In this document: positions 1-10,951 of the stretch, piece by piece
Numbering within the stretch: the stretch's first letter is position 1
Layout of the letters: the number at the start of each line of letters is the position of its first letter
Assembly: GCA_030141605.1 (NCBI GenBank)
Contig: JAQGDQ010001984.1
Location: forward strand, 1-18,664
DNA length: 18,664 nt
Direction of reading: 5' to 3'
Source of the DNA: Tubiluchus corallicola
Taxonomy: Eukaryota > Animalia > Priapulida
Translations under genes and position numbers: made by a program
The notes under the pieces: generated by a model
What the model was told of the DNA's origin: nothing
The model's input: only the letters and a program-made list of their open reading frames with translations
Databases searched by the model: none

Positions 1-221
1 CTGTAGTTAAAGGGAAGTAAAGTTTTCGCCACGTTTAGAGGCAAAGCTGTCTCTTAACCTGATATGTACTAACTGTAGTTAAAGGGAAGTAAAGTTTTCC
101 CCACATTTAGAGGCAAAGCTATCTCTTCACTTGATATGTACTAACTGTAGTTAAGGGAAAGTTAGTTTTTTCCCCACGTTTAGAGGCAAAGCTATCTCTA
201 AACTTAATAAAGACACTGTAG
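1..221 (+). repeat. 72-bp tandem repeat, ~3 units visible
   Basis: The unit CTGTAGTTAAAGGGAAGTAAAGTTTT...GATATGTACTAA restarts at 1, 73 and 145, with a final CTGTAG at 216. Confidence 0.95.
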
Positions 222-2486
222 GTGTCGGGATAGAAATTCCCGTGATTAAACATTGAATTGTAATATGTTGTGATGTCTACTAACACTTATACATTTTTAT
301 TTACAGATTGTATGTTATGAAGTGATAATGTAAATAAGTACATCATGATGTTTTAACTCATTTGTTTATTGTTTGCTTTTGTTTTTATTTACAAGTATAC
401 ACAGGTGACACGACAATGGACATCAAACACTAATAATACTTTTCTAGAACAAACTTCAGATAAAAATATTCGGTCTAATGCATTAAACGAAAAATAAAAA
501 CAAATTTTATCCTTGTTCTCGACACATCAAGTCATCAACATTTCAAGTTTTTCTTAAATATGTTATTTCAATTTTTCTCTGCTTCTCAGTCATAACGTCC
601 ACCTAGTGACGTTCGAACTCTCTACCCTCGGTTTACAAGGTTCTATTTCCGACATTTACATGATAAAACGGAAATCTTTGATAGACTCCTTTGCAAATAT
701 CGTAAAAGAAAATTTATTATTGGCATAATTATGTTGTATCCAAATATCCTGATGTTTAATTGTTCTGCAAAATCGGGTTCAGTTTATTGCTGTACCGAAA
801 TTTCCAATGGTACAGCTCATACGCAAACTAGGCGTAGATGTGCTCACACAGATGAAAATCTTGTCTAGAATTATAATGGTAAATTTCAGTTCTACGTTGA
901 TTAGCGATTTCGCACATTACGCAATAATTTTAATAGCTGCAAATGCATTTTATCTGGTTGTAAGTTTGACAATCTTAGTAACATCGTATTAGCTATACAT
1001 ATATTTAACATTGTATCATTAACGCATCAACGTGATACATATATATGTACTTGTGACAAAGCTAAACTTCGTCTGCAACTAGATGCCCAGTTATGGAAAT
1101 TTGTATTTTTAAAATAGAAGATTAATGATCACCAAAGTAAGCTAGGCCAGTAATGCATGGCGATAATGCTGGCTAGAAAACCCAGTCTGGCAGAGTGACA
1201 CGTGGATTTTTGTCTGATAATCATAGTAAAACTAAATGTGAATTTGGACTGTATTTCATTTAAGCTGTGTGCTGTACCTCAGCTTTCACTTGCTTCCGTA
1301 CTACACTATCAAATAGCCGTGAGTGTCACTCGACCTCACTGCATACCAAATGCTCATGATTGGCTAATCATCTATTTTAAAAATACAAATTTCCATAACT
1401 GGGCATCTAGTTGCAGACGAAGTTTAGCTTTGTCACAAGTACATATATATATATCACGTTGATGCGTTAATGATACAGTGTTAAATATATGTATAGCTAA
1501 TACGATGTTACTAAGATTGTCAAACTTACAACCAGAGAAAATGCATTTGCAGCTATTAAAATTATTGCGTAATGTGCCAAATCGCTAATCAACATAGAAC
1601 TGAAATTTGTCATTATAATTCTAGACAAGATTTTCATCTGTGTGAGCACATCTAGGTCTAGTTTGCGTATGAGTTGTACCATTGGAAATTTCGGTACAGC
1701 AATAAACTGAACCCGATTTTGCAGAACAATTAAACATCAGGATATTTGGATACAACATAATTATGCCAATAATAAATTTTCTTTTACGATATTTGCAAAG
1801 GAGTCTATCAAAGATTTCCGTTTTATCATGTAAATGTCGGAAATAGAACCTTGTAAACCGAGGGTAGAGAGTTCGAACGTCACTAGGTGGACGTTATGAC
1901 TGAGAAGCAGAGAAAAATTGAAATAACATATTTAAGAAAAACTTGAAATGTTGATGACTTGATGTGTCGAGAACAAGGATAAAATTTGTTTTTATTTTTC
2001 GTTTAATGCATTAGACCGAATATTTTTATCTGAAGTTTGTTCTAGAAAAGTATTATTAGTGTTTGATGTCCATTGTCGTGTCACCTGTGTATACTTGTAA
2101 ATAATAATACAAAAGCAATAGCAATAAACAAATGAGTTAAAACATCATGATGTACTTATTTACATTATCACTTCATAACATACAATCTGTAAATATATAA
2201 GTGTTAGTTGACGTCACAACATTTTACAATTCAATATTTAATCATGAGAATTTCTACCCCGACACCTACAGTGTCTTTATTAAGTTTAGAGAAAGATTTG
2301 CATCTTAATGTGGGGAAAAAACTAACTTTCCCTTAACTACAGTTAGTACATATCAAGTGAAGAGATAGCTTTGCCTCTAAATGTGGGGAAAACTTTACTT
2401 CCCTTTAACTACAGTTAGTACATATCAGGTTAAGAGACAGCTTTGCCTCTAAACGTGGCGAAAACTTTACTTCCCTTTAACTACAG
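1..2486. repeat. Second inverted repeat: arm 1-1124 (runs off the window) versus arm 1365-2486, spacer 1125-1364
   Basis: CTGTAG at position 1 pairs with CTACAG at 2481-2486. ORFs 807..992(+) and 1497..1682(-) are mirror copies. The arms are more diverged than those of the large palindrome. Confidence 0.97.
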
Positions 2487-2608
2487 TTGGTACATATTAA
2501 GTTAAGAGACAGCTTTGCCTCTAAACGTGGAGAAAACTTTACTTCCCTTTAACTACAGTTAGTACACATTAAGTTAAGAGACAGCTTTGCCTCTAAACGT
2601 GGGGGAAA
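2266..2608 (-). repeat. 72-bp tandem repeat, ~4.7 units (inverted copy)
   Basis: Repeated ACTTCCCTTTAACTACAGTT...AGCTTTGCCTCTAAACGTGG at ~72-bp period. Confidence 0.95.
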
Positions 2609-3133
2609 GACCTGCTCCGTCAACTATCACGGCCGCCAGGTTTTTTCCCAAGGAATTATTTCCAGCGTTGGACTTTATACCAGGCCTATTCATTAAACAA
2701 TTACACGGTTAAGGATGCGATAAGACAATTTCCTATGTACGTACTTGTACAATAAAAGTACAGAAGTACTCTTTCTTTAAGTACTTCAATAGTTATTTAT
2801 ACATAGCAAATAGTAATTTGCTTTCTTCGGAAATAAGTTTCTGACAATGTGGTTGTTTAATTTTACAGGAACCCCATATTAAAAATTCTTCAGGGATTGC
2901 AGAATGGTACAATTTTAGAAAGTAATTCTATTCCCTGGAACACGGAGTTGCCTCTTTCTTTGAATGCTCGAATGAAGCAAATAAACCGTAAAATTCAATA
3001 CTTCTAGCCAAAAGGTTATACGATGATTTATGAGCGGTTTATTAACCCTGTGTGTTGTTGGCAAAACAATTTGTTAGCTTAAGTTTACGAACCCAATGTT
3101 TCATCTATTAGCTAATATGAACGTAATACAGCT

Positions 3134-3575
3134 GAGAGAGCGAGAGAGAGAGAGGGGAAAGAGAGAGAGAGACAGAGAGAGAGAGAGAGCGAGAGAGACA
3201 CAGAGAGGGAGGAAGACAGAGGGGGAGGGAGGGGAGGGAGAGAGAGCGAGAGAAAGAGAAAGAAACAGAGAGATGAGGGAGAGAGAGAGGGGGGAGGGAG
3301 AGAGAGACAGAGAGAGGAAGGAGAGAGAGAGGGGGAGTGAGGGGAGGGAGAGAGAGAAAGAAGGAGAGAGAGAGAGAGAGAAAGAAGGAGAGAGAGAGCG
3401 CGAGCGAGAGAGAGAGACAGAGAGATGAGGGAGAAAGACAGAGAGAGTGAGAGAGAGAGGGGAGAAAAAGAAAGAGAGAGACAGAGGGAGGGAGGGAGGG
3501 AGTGAGTGAGAGAGAGAGAGGAGAAAAAGAGAGGGAGAGGGATACAGAGAGAGACAGAGAGATGAGAGAGAGAGC

Positions 3576-3612
<37 letters not shown>

Positions 3613-3636
3613 AGAGAGAGAGGAGGTGAGGTGAGG
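3134..3636 (+). repeat. Compound (GA)n purine-rich microsatellite
   Basis: ~500 bp of GAGA with GG/GAC interruptions; it generates the ERER and LSLS pseudo-ORFs. Confidence 0.97.
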
Positions 3637-3716
3637 TTAGAGAAAGAAGGCTCCAGTAACTAATGTTTCTGCAAGGTACATGAAGAAGTTCAAGACAGAC
3701 TGGGGTAAAGAGGATG

Positions 3717-3742
3717 TATATATATATATATATATATATATA
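3717..3742. repeat. (TA)n microsatellite
   Basis: Pure TA run. Confidence 0.95.
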
Positions 3743-4701
3743 CGCTCCAAAATCTGATATTTTCATCCTGCAGAAATGGCTAAACTGCTAATTTGTTTTA
3801 TCAACAAGTTTCCAAGTCAAGTTTCATAGCAGACATCAATTTCGAGTTTGCTTGAAATCCTCCCCAAGCTGATTTCCTTTTTTATTACTTTGGCGGATCC
3901 AGGACTAACATCCTCCTCATTAAGGGAAGTAATTGATTAATTGCACCACCACAGTTGTTCTCGCCAGGAAATTTAGTACTTTCTTGCTTTTTGTTTGTCA
4001 GGAATTTGTTAGTTAAGAAGGTTAACACGTTTCGTCTCATTCTGAGTAGCCAAACTGCTCGTGGAGATGGTTTCCCGTGTTGCCGAAGCGATGAGGACCG
4101 AATCTACTTACGTCTTATCGCTAGTCGACAGACTTGCAGAATTTCTAACTGATTTCTTGACGGCTCGCGAATTTTCAATGGACTTCATTAGGGGGCTGAC
4201 AAAAAACGAGGGTGCTCTATCCAAAATAAGCAGCAAGAAGCAGTACAGAAATGACGAACAACTCTTTCTCGTCACTCTCGCGGTCGTCGTCGTCAGCATC
4301 ACCATCGTAATAATTTTTATCGTCATAGCTGTTGTGGCTGCGGCCACTGATGTTACCGTCTATCAACAGCATCATCATCATTAACATAATTAACCAGGCA
4401 AGCATGTACTTGTGTTAACGGAGAGTCATTAGCAATTGATCTTTTACTTGCTCATTACTGATGCGACTTGATGCTGAGGAACTCTCCTGAGTTGATTAGC
4501 AGACGTTTAGAAGACATTCTTTAACAAAGTGAACCGTTCATTTTCTGCATCATAGCTAGAAATAGATGGGTGGTTCAACGGTTCCTGGGTCGTTTATTTA
4601 ACAGAGGGTCTTGCGAATTGCGCTCAAATTCAACGTGGGGCCACAAAGCAGACTTCTTTAATTTGCTTTTGGACAATGAGTTGCTTTGTGGGATGTTTTC
4701 A

Positions 4702-5102
4702 TGAAACCAGGAAAAAAAAGTTGCAGATGAAAAGTCAGAAGAGAAAAGGTGTACGAGAAAAGGCGCAGGAAAAGGGCACATGAAAAAAGGCACAGCAGAA
4801 AAGTCACAGGAGAAAAGGCACAGGAGAAAAGTCACAGGAGAAAAGACACAGGAGAAAAGTCACAAGAGAAAAGGCACAGGAGAAACCTCACAGGAGAAAA
4901 GGCACAGGAGAAACGTCACAGGAGAAACGTCACAGGAGAAAAGGCACAGGAGAAACGTCACAGGAGAAAAGGCACAGGAGAAAAGACACAGGAGAAAGGA
5001 TATAACCCTAACACTAGCCAAAATCAAATGTGACTTTTTTCCTAGACAAAATTGGGGCTTTTTTGCGTGACTTTTTTCCAGTGACTTTACTACTGGTCAC
5101 CG
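4702..5102 (+). mobile_element. Foldback-like non-autonomous element with a 14-bp minisatellite (CACAGGAGAAAAGG)n
   Basis: There are 15 clean units at 4791-5000 and degenerate units from ~4722. A central TAACCCTAACACTAGCCA follows, then related units in the opposite orientation (TGTGACTTTTTTCCTAG, GTGACTTTTTTCCAGTGACTTTACTACTGG). The ends carry ACCAG and CTGGT. The minisatellite is certain; the element interpretation is inference. Confidence 0.6.
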
Positions 5103-5795
5103 TTTTGATATCTAGCCATGTTGAATTGTTGCGTCCTCTTTTAACAGCAGTAAGGCTCGCCATCGCGCTGTCGGAGTTGAATCTAAACTCGAACGATTCA
5201 CGTACCTCGTGAGAATTTTTACCCCTCTTACCCCTGGCCTCACTTCCTCAATGACTTGCGGTGAAATCCTTTATCACCGGCGTGGCTTAAAGCGTTGTTT
5301 AAGTTATTTATGGAATAGACGTGTATGCCAGGCCGAACATCAAAATGAAATCCAATAAGATCAAACGGCTGACATACGAAAAGCGTTAAAACACATGACA
5401 GTATGAAACTGACGGCTGGTTTATCCAAGTGACGCTTTATAAACACCAAGTGTTCTGTTGAGTGCTGCGTGCGATCAATCACTAAAATCCATCCAAATAA
5501 TTGATAAAGCTTTTAATTATTGCAACAACTCTGAAAGAAAATTGTCATCATTGTTGCCATAGTTACCATGCGCAAAAACCCGCGAGGTAGAAAAATTATT
5601 GCGTTTTAACTTTTTCACGTTTAAAAGTTTCGAACTTTTTTTGAAACCGCTTCTGGAAGGTCAAACTGGTGAGTTTGGCTGTAAATGTAAAAGATTTCTC
5701 CTGTTGCTGTAACCGGGACATTGCCGCTAACGTTTAAAGGGCAATAAAGCACTTTTCTTAAGTAAAGCATAAAAATTCGGCCTGAAATTAATTGG

Positions 5796-5984
5796 AGCAT
5801 TCGTAGCACTGTAGCTAACTAAGCAAAAGCTTAAATTAATTTATATTGTCAATAAAATAGATAATATGTTTTTGGTGAATCCTTAGAATAGTTTTAAATT
5901 ATTAAGAATTTTCTTTTACAAATTACATAAGACTTTCGAGCAGTTAAGGGCAAGGCTAAGCAATAGAAGTTTGCATGAAAAGTT
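5796..5984 (-). repeat. Mirror copy of the diverged interspersed repeat fragment
   Basis: Reverse complement of 10070-10258. Confidence 0.8.
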
Positions 5985-6915
5985 CCGTGGGGGGTGTAAT
6001 CCTTAAAATCCTCTTTTGTTCCTTAAAGGAAGACAGGATGATTTTTAATATACTACCCCATTTTCAAGTCCGATAAAAAGTATACATTTTAGCACAATTA
6101 ATACTGCAAAAGTGTTTCTCATAATTAAATAATAGATTGAAAACTTAATTAACGGCGGGCGGGCTCAACTACTGATGACATCACAAACTAACACAATTTT
6201 CAGCAGCAAAAATATTCTACGAGCATGTTGCATGTGTTTGCGAAAGCGAACATTGAAATACAGTGTTACTGTAAGATATTCAGTGTGTTGTAATAAAACT
6301 AGGCAAGTTTTAAGATTAAAATTCAAATTTCAAATCTACCGCTGTGCTCACGCATGAGCTGTCGAGCGTACGTTATTCGTCAGAAACAGACACATCTGGA
6401 CTGAGAGGTACAGCACCTCTTTTTTGTGCAATGCGTTTCCGAAATGCAGGCGCTAGTGCCCGTCTAATGGCGAAATGCATACGACAGAGGAGAACTAGTG
6501 GCACGAACGTGAAATTGTGTTTGTGTGTTTGCTTTTCACTCACAGTTTAAGGTTGGGTTCAGTTTTGCTTTAAGGTTTCACTCATTTTGAACACCGATTC
6601 TTCCACCAATGACGTCATTCATCGGTTGAAGAAAAACAGCTCGCTTTTAATGTATAATGTAATAAGTATTTGCAAAAAAAATTAGACAACTAATTTTATA
6701 GTATTTTTGCATGAAGATTAGGTAGGCTGTAGAAGTTTGAATTAGTTAAAGTAGCTGACGCTTATGAAATGCCACAATGGCGCTAACGGGGTCACGACTC
6801 CACCAGTTTCGTCATAATTTTCAAGTGAATAGCGACTGAAAATTTCTATACAGTGGTAGTATGCATTATTTTCATGCTCTATAGGCATTTTTTCCAAAAT
6901 TATTTGTTATTACAT

Positions 6916-7249
6916 TGTGACGAATCCGGGTTCCGTGCGCGGATCCGTCTCAGGATGTATAGAGCGGCATACAAGTTATGAAATACTTTACAGCAGACGA
7001 GAAAAGTAAAAAGAATACGAATGTAAAATAAACTTTAATGCACAACCAGTAGCTCCATGACATGTGAACAGACTTTTGTATAAAAATCAGCAAACCTACA
7101 GCATTCACCCTTACAGACAGAACGGCCAGGTTGGAATCGTCAAATTACGGCGTGCATTCTATTTTATACAGATACATTTGCATTACTGGGCTTCTCAACC
7201 ATACCCATTACTAACATTAGGGGGTTGGTCAAAATCTGGCCTCGTAACA
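6916..7249 (-). mobile_element. Probable solo LTR, mirror copy (334 bp)
   Basis: TGTGACGA...TCGTAACA. It differs from the right copy by two substitutions and a 1-bp indel. Confidence 0.7.
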
Positions 7250-7934
7250 ATGTTTTTCTTTAAGTGAATAACAACAAAAAATCTAACATGCTAAATTATC
7301 TTTCCCTTTAAGTAACGACCCTTACAATCGATATACATGTCCTTTGAAGCCAGTTACTGTCTGTTTAATTGCACGCACGTTAATTTGTCATTCGATTTGG
7401 GTAATTGAATGTGAAGTGTATATTATTCTCTTCACGTACCTGGAAGGCTGTTATTTTTCAATACTTCGACCTGTCCTTTGTTTGCATTTCATTAACTGAC
7501 TATCTACATTGGGCCACTATCAAATCAACAACACACAGAGCTATACCGAAGTGCCTCGTAGTCATTTTTAGCTCAAACAAAACACGTTTTAGGAAATCGA
7601 ATAAAAAGAGGACATTGTTTACTCTTCTTTTTGTCGGGCAATAGACATTTCAGCTACAGCTTGCTGTATAGTCTTGTAAGCTGTCCTTTACAGCTGACGA
7701 AGGTTTATGTATTTTATATTATTTTGTACAGACTTGGAAAGAAGCCAATGAGACACACTTACCTTGTCAATAGTGACTTCCCGTAGTTAAAATTACCGGA
7801 GGTGCTACTTCACAAATTTGTTAGCCATTGTTTTAATACTGTGTATAACGAAACAAACAAGCAAAAATTTGTACATAAACTTGATAAATCCCTAAATAAA
7901 CCCGCAGTTCAAGAATATGCCCGTATGCGGTATT

Positions 7935-8115
7935 TAAGCACGTGACAACTGACAACAAACTGTGTGAGCGACAGTACTTTCTCTACCTAGCAACAGACGC
8001 TAGCAGTGCAGCATATCGCATGTTATCTCGGACATGTGCGCATGGCCGCATGCGTAGAACAGCCAAACATATCACTGTACTGGGCTGTGAAGCAAACAGT
8101 ACTACCCTCACGTGC
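7935..8115 (-). repeat. Short dispersed element forming the palindrome spacer
   Basis: Its reverse complement matches 17497-17638 at both ends (GCACGTGAGGGTAGTACTGTTTGCTTCACAGCCCAG and AAAGTACTGTCGCTCAC...GTTTGTTGTCAGTTGTC.CGTGCTTA). The middle is divergent. Strand is given relative to the 17497 copy. Confidence 0.9.
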
Positions 8116-8803
8116 TTAAATACCGCATACGGGCATATTCTTGAACTGCGGGTTTATTTAGGGATTTATCAAGTTTATGTACAAATTTTTGCTTGTTTGT
8201 TTCGTTATACACAGTATTAAAACAATGGCTAACAAATTTGTGAAGTAGCACCTCCGGTAATTTTAACTACGGGAAGTCACTATTGACAAGGTAAGTGTGT
8301 CTCATTGGCTTCTTTCCAAGTCTGTACAAAATAATATAAAATACATAAACCTTCGTCAGCTGTAAAGGACAGCTTACAAGACTATACAGCAAGCTGTAGC
8401 TGAAATGTCTATTGCCCGACAAAAAGAAGAGTAAACAATGTCCTCTTTTTATTCGATTTCCTAAAACGTGTTTTGTTTGAGCTAAAAATGACTACGAGGC
8501 ACTTCGGTATAGCTCTGTGTGTTGTTGATTTGATAGTGGCCCAATGTAGATAGTCAGTTAATGAAATGCAAACAAAGGACAGGTCGAAGTATTGAAAAAT
8601 AACAGCCTTCCAGGTACGTGAAGAGAATAATATACACTTCACATTCAATTACCCAAATCGAATGACAAATTAACGTGCGTGCAATTAAACAGACAGTAAC
8701 TGGCTTCAAAGGACATGTATATCGATTGTAAGGGTCGTTACTTAAAGGGAAAGATAATTTAGCATGTTAGATTTTTTGTTGTTATTCACTTAAAGAAAAA
8801 CAT

Positions 8804-9138
8804 TGTTACGAGGCCAGATTTTGACCAACCCCCTAATGTTAGTAATGGGTATGGTTGAGAAGCCCAGTAATGCAAATGTATCTGTATAAAATAGAATGCA
8901 CGCCGTAATTTGACGATTCCAACCTGGCCGTTCTGTCTGTAAGGGTGAATGCTGTAGGTTTGCTGATTTTTATACAAAAGTCTGTTCACATGTCATGGAG
9001 CTACTGGTTGCGCATTAAAGTTTATTTTACATTCGTATTCTTTTTACTTTTCTCGTCTGCTGTAAAGTATTTCATAACTTTGTATGCCGCTCGATACATC
9101 CTGAGACGGATCCGCGCACGGAACCCGGATTCGTCACA
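8804..9138 (+). mobile_element. Probable solo LTR (335 bp)
   Basis: It starts TGTTACGA and ends TCGTCACA (TG...CA, 7/8 inverted match). TATAAAA lies at 8885 and an ATTAAA polyadenylation-like signal at 9014, in LTR order. No 4-5 bp target-site duplication is evident. Confidence 0.7.
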
Positions 9139-10069
9139 ATGTAATAACAAATAATTTTGGAAAAAATGCCTATAGAGCATGAAAATAATGCATACTACCA
9201 CTGTATAGAAATTTTCAGTCGCTATTCACTTGAAAATTATGACGAAACTGGTGGAGTCGTGACCCCGTTAGCGCCATTGTGGCATTTCATAAGCGTCAGC
9301 TACTTTAACTAATTCAAACTTCTACAGCCTACCTAATCTTCATGCAAAAATACTATAAAATTAGTTGTCTAATTTTTTTTGCAAATACTTATTACATTAT
9401 ACATTAAAAGCGAGCTGTTTTTCTTCAACCGATGAATGACGTCATTGGTGGAAGAATCGGTGTTCAAAATGAGTGAAACCTTAAAGCAAAACTGAACCCA
9501 ACCTTAAACTGTGAGTGAAAAGCAAACACACAAACACAATTTCACGTTCGTGCCACTAGTTCTCCTCTGTCGTATGCATTTCGCCATTAGACGGGCACTA
9601 GCGCCTGCATTTCGGAAACGCATTGCACAAAAAAGAGGTGCTGTACCTCTCAGTCCAGATGTGTCTGTTTCTGACGAATAACGTACGCTCGACAGCTCAT
9701 GCGTGAGCACAGCGGTAGATTTGAAATTTGAATTTTAATCTTAAAACTTGCCTAGTTTTATTACAACACACTGAATATCTTACAGTAACACTGTATTTCA
9801 ATGTTCGCTTTCGCAAACACATGCAACATGCTCGTAGAATATTTTTGCTGCTGAAAATTGTGTTAGTTTGTGATGTCATCAGTAGTTGAGCCCGCCCGCC
9901 GTTAATTAAGTTTTCAATCTATTATTTAATTATGAGAAACACTTTTGCAGTATTAATTGTCTTAAAACGTATATGTTTTATCGAACTTGAAAATGGGGTA
10001 GTATATTAAAAATCATCCTGTCTTCCTTTAAGGAACAAAAGAGGATTTTAAGGATTACACCCCCCACGG

Positions 10070-10258
10070 AACTTTTCATGCAAACTTCTATTGCTTAGCC
10101 TTGCCCTTAACTGCTCGAAAGTCTTATGTAATTTGTAAAAGAAAATTCTTAATAATTTAAAACTATTCTAAGGATTCACCAAAAACATATTATCTATTTT
10201 ATTGACAATATAAATTAATTTAAGCTTTTGCTTAGTTAGCTACAGTGCTACGAATGCT
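10070..10258 (+). repeat. Diverged interspersed repeat fragment (homologue of 18407-18638)
   Basis: Colinear blocks: CTGCTCGAAAGTCTTATGTAA / CTGCTTGAAAGACTTATGTAA, AAAAGAAAATT, TTATTGACAA, CTTAGTTAG, GCTACGAATGCT. Confidence 0.8.
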
Positions 10259-10487
10259 CCAATTAATTTCAGGCCGAATTTTTATGCTTTACTTAAGAAA
10301 AGTGCTTTATTGCCCTTTAAACGTTAGCGGCAATGTCCCGGTTACAGCAACAGGAGAAATCTTTTACATTTACAGCCAAACTCACCAGTTTGACCTTCCA
10401 GAAGCGGTTTCAAAAAAAGTTCGAAACTTTTAAACGTGAAAAAGTTAAAACGCAATAATTTTTCTACCTCGCGGGTTTTTGCGCATG

Positions 10488-10501
10488 GTAACTATGGCAA
10501 C
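10488..10501 (+). promoter_or_regulatory. RFX X-box-like motif GTAACTATGGCAAC (mirror at 5553-5566)
   Basis: Matches the RTHNYY-WT-RRNRAC X-box consensus. No associated gene was identified. Confidence 0.25.
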
Positions 10502-10951
10502 AATGATGACAATTTTCTTTCAGAGTTGTTGCAATAATTAAAAGCTTTATCAATTATTTGGATGGATTTTAGTGATTGATCGCACGCAGCACTCAACAGA
10601 ACACTTGGTGTTTATAAAGCGTCACTTGGATAAACCAGCCGTCAGTTTCATACTGTCATGTGTTTTAACGCTTTTCGTATGTCAGCCGTTTGATCTTATT
10701 GGATTTCATTTTGATGTTCGGCCTGGCATACACGTCTATTCCATAAATAACTTAAACAACGCTTTAAGCCACGCCGGTGATAAAGGATTTCACCGCAAGT
10801 CATTGAGGAAGTGAGGCCAGGGGTAAGAGGGGTAAAAATGCTCACGAGGTACGTGAATCGTTCGAGTTTAGATTCAACTCCGACAGCGCGATGGCGAGCC
10901 TTACTGCTGTTAAAAGAGGACGCAACAATTCAACATGGCTAGATATCAAAA

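Noticed and set aside
1-221. 72-bp and 14-bp repeat arrays as CRISPR arrays
   Set aside because: They are head-to-tail tandem units with no unique spacers, there are no cas genes, and the context is eukaryotic.
598-1000. Possible decayed transposase fragment (FTRFYFRH..IFDRLLCKYRKRK.., YNGKFQFY) faintly like a CACTA/EnSpm C-terminal region
   Set aside because: It is interrupted by stops and has no diagnostic motif; it would need a BLASTX/HMM hit to be supported.
3096-3766. ERER/LSLS ORFs and their mirrors at 12552-13240
   Set aside because: Translations of the GA/CT microsatellite.
6404-6426. AGAGGT-ACAGC-ACCTCT hairpin followed by a T run (terminator-like)
   Set aside because: Short stem, no upstream gene, non-bacterial context.
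6608-6619. AATGACGTCATT CRE-like palindrome (another TGACGTCA near 18346)
   Set aside because: Short motifs with no linked transcription unit; could be chance or part of a repeat.
7942-8220. 92-aa ORF crossing the palindrome spacer
   Set aside because: GTG start, chimeric between spacer element and arm, no recognisable domain.
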